A stretch of DNA of 64,000 nt from Anaerofustis sp. (GTDB taxonomy: Bacteria; Bacillota; Clostridia; Eubacteriales; Anaerofustaceae): NCBI RefSeq assembly GCF_019420015.1, contig NZ_JAHZIA010000027.1, positions 372-64,371 of the forward strand, given 5' to 3'. Every line of letters starts with the position of its first letter. Positions within the stretch are counted from its first letter, which is position 1. Position numbers and translations under genes: made by a program. Shown here in pieces: positions 9,244-16,900 of this stretch. Below the pieces are notes generated by a model. The model was given only the letters and a program-made list of their open reading frames with translations. It was not told the origin of the DNA and did no database searches.

Positions 9244-9651
9244 TTAGAATGTATAACAAAAATAATTTTTCATAAATTTTATTCCTGCCCCAAATAATGC
9301 AGAACCCAAACCAGAATAAAATACCGCAATCACCATATCCGGTAAAAGATTTAAGTTTCTTATTAAAATACCGACTGTAATCATAAAAGCCATAATTAAA
9401 AATGACTGAATATCAAAGAAATTCCAAAAATATTTTTTTTCTTCATTATATCCAGTGATACGCACAGTGTGTTTCAAAACCAATTTATTAAAAATAAAAA
9501 AACAAAATAAGAAAAACACAATTAACGAATATATAATATTAACAAAATAAACATGTCCGGAATAAGATATAATACCGATTTTTAAAATATTAAATCCTGC
9601 AATCATCCAGACCAAACCGGCAATAAGTAATAATGTTTTTCGTTTAACCAT
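9244..9651 (-). CDS. Small integral membrane protein, unknown function
   Basis: 135-aa ORF with four predicted TM helices, 12 nt upstream of the DUF2871-like gene and likely co-transcribed with it. Confidence 0.5.
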   Translation of the reverse strand: MVKRKTLLLIAGLVWMIAGFNILKIGIISYSGHVYFVNIIYSLIVFFLFCFFIFNKLVLKHTVRITGYNEEKKYFWNFFDIQSFLIMAFMITVGILIRNLNLLPDMVIAVFYSGLGSALFGAGIKFMKNYFCYTF

Positions 9652-10138
9652 AAACTTCTCCTATTCGAATAACCACATAAGATATATTAGTTAAAAATTT
9701 TTCAAAATAATTTTTAATGTTTATTATCATACTTTTCCAAAATCTATTTGTCAATAACAATACATTATTTTCTATACAGTTATTTAATAATTCGAAAAAT
9801 AACTTTATAAATTTTAGTTCTACTTTAAAGGAACAATGCTTAAACTGAAAATTTACTCATATATAATGACAGTAATAAGTAATATATCATCATAATTTTG
9901 AAAAATATTCAAAATTCAAAGTATACCCAAATCAATACAAATACATAAACATTATTTCATAACTCAATCTCTGAAACATTTAGCATAAGTAACTCATATA
10001 TAATTTGAAACAAAAATAAAACAGAGAATAAAGAGAAAATAGATTTCTAACAAAATCACACAAAAACTTTGCAATAAAAAGCTAAAGAGATATACTATAT
10101 ATTAATAATACTATATACCTGTATTTGAAGGAGAACAA

Positions 10139-11842
10139 ATGAAAGCAACATTAATCGGAATAAACAGTGCATACACTCATACAAACCTTGCGGTTTATTA
10201 TTTATTTAACAATTCTATACCAAAAGGTATTAATGCCAACATAAAACAATACAATATAAACATGCCAAAGGAAAAGGTTTTGGAGGATTTATTCGCGCAA
10301 AAAAGCGATATTTACATTTTCTCCTGCTATATATGGAATATAGAATATGTACTTCATATAGCTTCATCTTTAAAAAAGATTACAAACTCGACAATAATAT
10401 TCGGAGGAAGCGAAGTAAGCTTTAATGCAAAAGATTATTTTGATAAATACGATTTTATTGATTACATCACAGCAGGTGAAGGAGAAGAAATAACATTAAA
10501 ACTTTTAAAATCTATACAAAACAAAGAACAACCAAGAATACAGAATGTATTCGATAAAAATTCAAAAGATTATAACTATATAAAAAAGCATATAGATTTT
10601 AACGATGTAATATTTCCTTATACTAATATAGACATGAAAGAATTTGAAAATAAAATCGTCTATTATGAAACCCAAAGAGGATGTCCTTACAACTGCAGTT
10701 ACTGCCTTTCGGAACTCGACAAAAGACTTAGATTTCGCGATATAGAAAAAGTAAAAGAAGAAATAATGTTCTTCATAAATAATAATATACCTTTGGTAAA
10801 ACTTATCGACAGAACATTTAACGCAGACAACAAACGGGCAAAAGAAATAATAAAATTTATTTTAAAAAACAGCAAACACACAAAATTCCATTTTGAAGTC
10901 TGTGCAAATTTACTCGACGATGAAATAATAGAACTGTTTCAAAACGCACCAAACGATATGTTTCAACTGGAAATCGGTTTGCAATCGACAAATGAAAATA
11001 CAATAAAAGAAATAAACAGAATTACCGATATACAAAAGATAGGTAAAAATGTAACCAAATTATTGAAAAACGATAATGTTCATATTCATCTGGATTTAAT
11101 ATCGGGACTTCCCTATGAAGATTTAACATCATTTAAAGAAAGCTTTAACTATGCTTACAACCTTAACCCTCATATGCTACAACTGGGATTTTTAAAAGTT
11201 CTTCACGGAACGATGATGGAAAAATCAAAAGAGAAGTACAAACTTAAATACAACAACTTCACTCCTTACGAAATTCTGGAAAATAAATGGATAAATTATA
11301 GTGAACTGTCAAAACTCAAAAACATAGAATTCTTAACGGACAAATACTACAATTCAAATAATTTTTGCAATACGCTGGAATATTTTGTGGAAAAAATTTC
11401 ATCGACTCCATTTGAGTTTTACGAAAATTTAAACAAATATTTCATAAAAAGAAATCTATTCAAAAAAAGTCTCAGCAAAGAGGATTTATATGAAATACTG
11501 TATGATTACTTAAAACAATTTGATGAAAAAAAAGCCTATAACTTAATAAGCTTTGATTATTTAAATCACATAAAAATCAGAAAACCGCAAAAGAACTTTA
11601 TCAAAAAAATACAACCTCTCAACAAAGAAAATATATTTGAGATTATAAAAAACGAAGCTTTTAAAAATAAGTATTTAAAAGAATTTACAGGAATGCCAAC
11701 AAAAGAAATATATAAAAAGATAAACGTCTTTACTTTCGATATAAACCCAATAACAACAGAAGAAAAAGAAACGGTGATTATATTTAAGAACATAAAGGAA
11801 AAGAAAGTAAAAGAGGGTTTTAAATTCGAAATTATAAATTAA
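10139..11842 (+). CDS. B12-binding-domain radical SAM protein with a DUF4080-like C-terminal extension
   Basis: N-terminal Rossmann-like B12-binding region and a radical SAM CPYNCSYC (CxxxCxxC) motif. GGAG RBS upstream. Confidence 0.8.
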   Translation: MKATLIGINSAYTHTNLAVYYLFNNSIPKGINANIKQYNINMPKEKVLEDLFAQKSDIYIFSCYIWNIEYVLHIASSLKKITNSTIIFGGSEVSFNAKDYFDKYDFIDYITAGEGEEITLKLLKSIQNKEQPRIQNVFDKNSKDYNYIKKHIDFNDVIFPYTNIDMKEFENKIVYYETQRGCPYNCSYCLSELDKRLRFRDIEKVKEEIMFFINNNIPLVKLIDRTFNADNKRAKEIIKFILKNSKHTKFHFEVCANLLDDEIIELFQNAPNDMFQLEIGLQSTNENTIKEINRITDIQKIGKNVTKLLKNDNVHIHLDLISGLPYEDLTSFKESFNYAYNLNPHMLQLGFLKVLHGTMMEKSKEKYKLKYNNFTPYEILENKWINYSELSKLKNIEFLTDKYYNSNNFCNTLEYFVEKISSTPFEFYENLNKYFIKRNLFKKSLSKEDLYEILYDYLKQFDEKKAYNLISFDYLNHIKIRKPQKNFIKKIQPLNKENIFEIIKNEAFKNKYLKEFTGMPTKEIYKKINVFTFDINPITTEEKETVIIFKNIKEKKVKEGFKFEIIN

Positions 11843-11854
11843 AACATACAATAT

Positions 11855-11897
11855 AAAAAACAAGTAACAAAAGAAATCTTTTGTTACTTGTTTTTTA
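11855..11897. terminator. Bidirectional intrinsic terminator between convergent genes
   Basis: 19-bp perfect stem AAAAAACAAGTAACAAAAG/CTTTTGTTACTTGTTTTTT with A- and T-runs on the two sides. Confidence 0.8.
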
Positions 11898-11902
11898 TAA
11901 TT

Positions 11903-12346
11903 TTATATGTTATTCAAATAAGTATACACATCTTCAGGAACGATAAAATGAATCCTTACATCGACGGAACGAAACCTTACCAGAGGTCTGTCTTTATAAA
12001 CGGACAGACTCGCTTCATATTTGTCATATAAAAATATGTATTCATAGCTATACCGTTCGTTGCCTTTACCTGCTCCGATATCTTCTTTCTTATGCCCTTT
12101 CCCCTTTTCTTTCGCAACCTGCCAATCATCAATTTGAATTTTATTAACAAAATTTTTAATATCCTCTTTACTATTGAAAATTTTAACTATTTTATTTTTT
12201 GATTTATCCCTAACCTCAATCTTATTGCAATTTTTCAAAACCCCGGAATAACCGATAATCGGTTTATCATCTTCTTCTGCACCGCAAGCACAAAAAAACA
12301 CAAAAACCGCAATTAATGTAAATATACAAAAAACTGCTTTTTTCAT
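11903..12346 (-). CDS. Putative lipoprotein, unknown function
   Basis: Signal peptide with a lipobox-like FFCAC|G. No other motif is recognised. Confidence 0.55.
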   Translation of the reverse strand: MKKAVFCIFTLIAVFVFFCACGAEEDDKPIIGYSGVLKNCNKIEVRDKSKNKIVKIFNSKEDIKNFVNKIQIDDWQVAKEKGKGHKKEDIGAGKGNERYSYEYIFLYDKYEASLSVYKDRPLVRFRSVDVRIHFIVPEDVYTYLNNI

Positions 12347-12465
12347 AAAATTCCCCCATCAAAAATATATATAAATATAATAACATAATTCACTTCTCTT
12401 AACCATATATATTACTTTTTTATTTTTGTGTTATATGATATAATTTTTTATTAATGAGGTATAAA

Positions 12466-14676
12466 ATGACTGAAACAATAAAAGGAAAAGTAGATAGAAT
12501 TATTTATCACAATGCTGATAATTTATATACGATTGCAGATATAGATTCTGATGATATTTTAATAACCATAGTCGGATATTTTGAAAATCTAAAACCGGGA
12601 ATCGATATTCAGGCAACAGGTGAATACGTAAATCATATAAAATACGGCGAACAATTCAAAGTCGAAAGTCTGGAAATAATCGTACCTACGGATACTGATT
12701 CCATCTACACATATCTTTCAAGCGGAATGTTAAACGGTATAGGACCTAAAAAAGCAAAAGATATAGTAGACTACTTCGGAGAAGAAACCTTAGACATATT
12801 GGAAAACGATCCGATGCAATTATCAAAAGTAAAAGGCATAGGCAAAAAAACGGCTCTTATTATAGGAGTTGAATACAAAAACCAAGAAAATATGCGAAAC
12901 ATAATAATGAAACTCTCAAAATACAATATAAAACCAAACTATGCCAGAAAATTATACAATGAATATAAATCGGATACACTTAATATAATACAGACAAATC
13001 CCTATGCTTTAATAGATGATGTATACGGAATAGGATTTAAAAGAGCGGATCAAATTGCCATGAGCGTAGGAATAGAGCCGGAAAGCCCATACAGAATAAT
13101 AAGCGGAATAAAATACGTTTTAAGCGGATGTTATCAAGACGGAAATACTTATATATTAAAAGACGAGCTCGAAAACAAAGTATCAAAAATGCTCGGAGTG
13201 GACGAAGACAATGTAAATCATATCCTAAAAAATATGTTTTTAGATGACAGTATTATACTTGAAACAACCCAAAACGAAGAAAGATGCTTTCTTAAAGAGC
13301 TTTATAACTGTGAAATAGAAAGCGCAAAAAATCTAATATATTTAAACACATACAAAGAAGAAAAAGAAGATACTGATTTTGAACAACTCATAAAAAACTA
13401 TGAAACCCATAATAAAATAACTCTTGACGAAAAGCAAAAACAAGCTGTAATAAGTGCAATCAAATCAAAAGTTTCAATTATCACAGGAGGTCCCGGAACA
13501 GGAAAAACAACCATCATAAACGCTATAATATACATACTTGGCAGCATAGGTAAAAAATATACTCTTACGGCTCCTACGGGAAGAGCCGCAAAAAGAATGA
13601 GTGAATCGACAAAAAGTGAGGCTAAAACAATACACAGACTTCTTGAATACGAATATACACAAGAAACCGATCATTTCCTGTCTTTCGGAAAAAATGAAGA
13701 CAATACAATAGACAGCGAATTTATCATAATAGACGAAATGAGCATGGTAGATATTTCCTTATTCGATGCTTTTTTAAAAGCTGTGAAACCAAAAACCTCA
13801 TTGTTATTTGTCGGAGATATAGATCAGCTTCCCTCTGTGGGAGCAGGAAACGTATTATCTGACTTGATTTCCAGTGATATATTCCCCGTCACACGACTGA
13901 ATACAATATACCGTCAAGACAAAGAAAGCTTGATAATAACGAATGCCCACAGAATAAACAAAGGCGAAATGCCGATACTGAAAAAAGAAGCAGAGGATTT
14001 CTATTTTATCAACACGATTTCACAAGAAAAAATAAAAAGGAATATACTGAATATAATATTCAATTACAAGAATACTCCTCTAAAAAAATACGACCTTCTT
14101 AAAGATTTTCAAATAATCTCACCAATGAAAAAAGGACTAGCCGGAGTAAGTGAACTAAACAAATCTGTACAGGAAATTTTAAATCCGCCTCACAAAGAAA
14201 AAAAACAAATTAACCACGGTCTCACTGTATTTAGAGAAAACGACAGAGTAATGCAGATAAAGAACAATTACCAAATGAAATGGACCGATATCAATACTCT
14301 AAAAAAAGGAGAAGGTATCTTCAACGGTGATATGGGAATAATAAAACGAATCGATAACGAAAAACAAACTTTGGAAATAGTATTCGACGATGAAAAAAGA
14401 GTAATATACCCAAAAGACCAAATGGAAGAATTAACACTGTCATACGCCATAACAGTACATAAAAGTCAAGGCAGTGAATTTAAGGCAGTCATAATCCCGA
14501 TATTCAGCGGATACTCAGGATTTTTAAATCGTAACTTGCTTTATACCGCAGTTACAAGAGCAAAAGAAATGGTAATTCTCATAGGAGAAGTAAACGGGCT
14601 TAAAGGTATGATAAGAAGCGTGCAAAGAAATAAGAGAAAAACAACTCTTGCAGACAGGCTCAAAGAATTTTTATAA
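12466..14676 (+). CDS. recD2: ATP-dependent RecD2-like SF1B DNA helicase
   Basis: HhH N-terminal region, Walker A GGPGTGKTT, DEMSMVD, GDIDQLPSVGAG and a C-terminal YAITVHKSQGSEF. The second ATG (12466) has a GAGGT RBS; the ORF track starts at 12454. Confidence 0.92.
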   Translation: MTETIKGKVDRIIYHNADNLYTIADIDSDDILITIVGYFENLKPGIDIQATGEYVNHIKYGEQFKVESLEIIVPTDTDSIYTYLSSGMLNGIGPKKAKDIVDYFGEETLDILENDPMQLSKVKGIGKKTALIIGVEYKNQENMRNIIMKLSKYNIKPNYARKLYNEYKSDTLNIIQTNPYALIDDVYGIGFKRADQIAMSVGIEPESPYRIISGIKYVLSGCYQDGNTYILKDELENKVSKMLGVDEDNVNHILKNMFLDDSIILETTQNEERCFLKELYNCEIESAKNLIYLNTYKEEKEDTDFEQLIKNYETHNKITLDEKQKQAVISAIKSKVSIITGGPGTGKTTIINAIIYILGSIGKKYTLTAPTGRAAKRMSESTKSEAKTIHRLLEYEYTQETDHFLSFGKNEDNTIDSEFIIIDEMSMVDISLFDAFLKAVKPKTSLLFVGDIDQLPSVGAGNVLSDLISSDIFPVTRLNTIYRQDKESLIITNAHRINKGEMPILKKEAEDFYFINTISQEKIKRNILNIIFNYKNTPLKKYDLLKDFQIISPMKKGLAGVSELNKSVQEILNPPHKEKKQINHGLTVFRENDRVMQIKNNYQMKWTDINTLKKGEGIFNGDMGIIKRIDNEKQTLEIVFDDEKRVIYPKDQMEELTLSYAITVHKSQGSEFKAVIIPIFSGYSGFLNRNLLYTAVTRAKEMVILIGEVNGLKGMIRSVQRNKRKTTLADRLKEFL

Positions 14677-14694
14677 TTCAAGAAAGGTTTTTGA

Positions 14695-15435
14695 ATGAAT
14701 CTCCAAAATATAATAAAAGAAACACTTGAGAAAATATTCTTTCCAACCGCCCCAAAATGCGGTATATGCAACAAAGTGCTGCTTACAAAAGAAGATATAT
14801 ACTGCAACGAATGCAAAAACAAAGTGGAATGGATAAAAGGAAAGCGATGCGATATATGCTCACGGGATATATCGGATAACCTCTATTCAAACTTATGCGA
14901 AAACTGCGAAGGAAATGAATATTATTTCACACAAGGCTATTCCATTTGGAACTACGACAAATACTCTAAAAGAATAATAAAAAAGATAAAATATTCAAAT
15001 TGTGAAGGGCTGGCGATAGAGGCAGGAAATGTCCTCTATAAAAATACCCGGGATGTAGAATTTCTACAGGATATAGATATTGTAATCCCTACTCCTTCAG
15101 ACAAAAAACGTTTTGAAATCAGAGGATACAATCAAGCACTGCTGATAGCAAAAGGATTTGCAGCCAATACCAAAATACCTTTAAAAGAAAATATAATCAT
15201 AAAAGAAAGAAGTACAAAAGATCAAATCGGACTAAGCGAAAAAGAACGAAAGACAAACTTACACGAAGCATTCAAGGTAACAGACAGCGAAATAATCAAA
15301 AACAAAACTTTACTTATAGTGGATGATGTATTCACAACAGGTTCAACCATAAACGAAATAAGCAGAACTCTTCTTAAAGCAGGAGCAAAAGAAACCTATT
15401 TCTTAACTCTTGCTTCCAAAAAAAATATAATTTAG
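14695..15435 (+). CDS. comFC: ComF family protein (ComFC-type phosphoribosyltransferase with an N-terminal double zinc ribbon)
   Basis: Four CxxC pairs at the N-terminus and the PRTase motif LLIVDDVFTTGSTI. Sits in recD2-comFC-hpf synteny. Confidence 0.88.
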   Translation: MNLQNIIKETLEKIFFPTAPKCGICNKVLLTKEDIYCNECKNKVEWIKGKRCDICSRDISDNLYSNLCENCEGNEYYFTQGYSIWNYDKYSKRIIKKIKYSNCEGLAIEAGNVLYKNTRDVEFLQDIDIVIPTPSDKKRFEIRGYNQALLIAKGFAANTKIPLKENIIIKERSTKDQIGLSEKERKTNLHEAFKVTDSEIIKNKTLLIVDDVFTTGSTINEISRTLLKAGAKETYFLTLASKKNII

Positions 15436-15456
15436 CGTATAAAAAGTAGAAAATTT

Positions 15457-16194
15457 ATGAAAACGTGTTATAATATTAATAAGTTAATAAGAAACGTCGC
15501 AGATAGAATTTTATATCCTGACAATCCAATATGTTGTATATGCAAAAAAACAATGCTGCACGAAAATCAAATATATTGCGAAAAATGCAAAGATAAATTA
15601 ACATATACAAAAACAAATAAAAACTTATACAATAATAAAAAAAGTCACTCAGTATACGATAACGATATAAATATATATAAAGGTCACAGTTTATGGTACT
15701 ACGATAAGATTTCAAAAAGAATAATAAACCAAATAAAAAATAAAGGTTTTGAAAATCTATGCATAAAACTAGGCCAATTGATGTACGAAGAAACAAAAGA
15801 TATGGATTTTATAAATGATACCGAAATAATAATCCCCGTTCCCTTACACAAGGATAAAAGAAAAATAAGGGGATACAACCAATCATATCTGATTTCAAAA
15901 GGTTTCAATCAAAAAGCAAACAAAAAACTGAAAAGAAATATTCTCATCAAGACAAAACCTACAGCAGACCAGAAAAGTCTGGATAAAAAACGTCGACAAA
16001 CAAATTTAACAAATGCATTTGAAGTAAGGAACAAAAATGAAATTTTCAACAAAAAAATTCTTTTAATAGATGATGTTCTAACTACAGGTGCAACAATAAA
16101 TTTGTTGAGAAAAATACTTATTAACAATGGTGCGAGTGAAGTGTATTTTCTTACTCTTGCCACTACAAAACCATTAATAAAAGAAACGAGGTAA
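15457..16194 (+). CDS. Second, diverged ComF family (ComFC-like) paralogue
   Basis: Collinear with the upstream ComFC (IRGYNQ, TADQKSL, ILLIDDVLTTGATI), but only two CxxC pairs remain. Confidence 0.85.
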   Translation: MKTCYNINKLIRNVADRILYPDNPICCICKKTMLHENQIYCEKCKDKLTYTKTNKNLYNNKKSHSVYDNDINIYKGHSLWYYDKISKRIINQIKNKGFENLCIKLGQLMYEETKDMDFINDTEIIIPVPLHKDKRKIRGYNQSYLISKGFNQKANKKLKRNILIKTKPTADQKSLDKKRRQTNLTNAFEVRNKNEIFNKKILLIDDVLTTGATINLLRKILINNGASEVYFLTLATTKPLIKETR

Positions 16195-16199
16195 AGATC

Positions 16200-16721
16200 A
16201 TGAGAACTGACATTAAATTTAAAAATTATAATGGTGATTATGCTCTAATTGAAAAAGAAGCGGAAAAGAAATTGGAAAAATTAAGCAAGTATTTTCCTAA
16301 AGACCCAAAAGCAAGCATTATAATAAGTGAAGTAAGAGGCCTTGTTACAACCGAAATCACGGTTACTGTCGACTCTACATTCATAAGAGTAGAGGTTGCG
16401 GACAGAGATGTAAGAAACGGTATAGATAAAGCAATAGAAAAACTGGAAATACAAATCAAGAAAAACAAAGATAAACTAAAGAAAAAATTAACCGATTCCA
16501 TCAGATATGATGAGAGCGAAGAAGATCTCGAACAAGAAGATTTAAAAATAGTAAAAAGCAAAAAATTTGCCATCAAACCGATGTCAAGTGAAGAAGCGGC
16601 TTTACAAATGGATTTACTCGGACATATGTTTTTTGTGTTCTTAAATGCAGATACAGATACGGTAAATGTAATTTATAAAAGAAAAGACGGACAATATGGG
16701 CTTATAGAGCCTGAATTTTAG
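16200..16721 (+). CDS. hpf: Ribosome hibernation-promoting factor, long form
   Basis: N-terminal S30AE/RaiA domain plus a C-terminal dimerisation domain (KPMSSEEAALQMDLLGHMFFVFLN...YGLIEP). Confidence 0.93.
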   Translation: MRTDIKFKNYNGDYALIEKEAEKKLEKLSKYFPKDPKASIIISEVRGLVTTEITVTVDSTFIRVEVADRDVRNGIDKAIEKLEIQIKKNKDKLKKKLTDSIRYDESEEDLEQEDLKIVKSKKFAIKPMSSEEAALQMDLLGHMFFVFLNADTDTVNVIYKRKDGQYGLIEPEF

Positions 16722-16740
16722 ACGAATTTCTTAAAAAGTA

Positions 16741-16802
16741 TTGAATTTTCATTAAAAAAAATGTTAGAATGTAGTGTCTATGGTTTTATCCTTAGACACT
16801 AC
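16741..16802 (+). promoter_or_regulatory. Putative sigma-A promoter followed by a 10-bp perfect inverted repeat
   Basis: TTGAAT (16741-46), an 18-nt spacer, TAGAAT (16765-70), then GTAGTGTCTA (16771-80)/TAGACACTAC (16793-802) with a 12-nt spacer across the expected start site. Confidence 0.4.
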
Positions 16803-16900
16803 AACAATATTAAGTAGAAAAATACATAAAGACATTTATTTTTAATAATTACATTAAAGAGAATACTTTAGCTTTTTTACGGTTAAGAAAGGAATTGATT

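Noticed and set aside
9652-10138. 487-nt intergenic region (and similar ones at 44730-45164 and 49199-49591) as possible homes of structured RNAs such as 6S, SRP, RNase P or T-box elements
   Set aside because: The sequence is uniformly AT-rich, without GC-rich helices or any conserved motif I recognise. There is no T-box specifier/antiterminator pattern. These are probably just long promoter regions.
12466-16194. RecD2 helicase plus PRTase-like genes as a possible phage-defence module
   Set aside because: The recD2-comFC-hpf order is conserved housekeeping/competence synteny in Firmicutes. No nuclease, methylase, TIR/SIR2 or other effector-type gene accompanies it. Only the comFC duplication is unusual, and it is reported separately.
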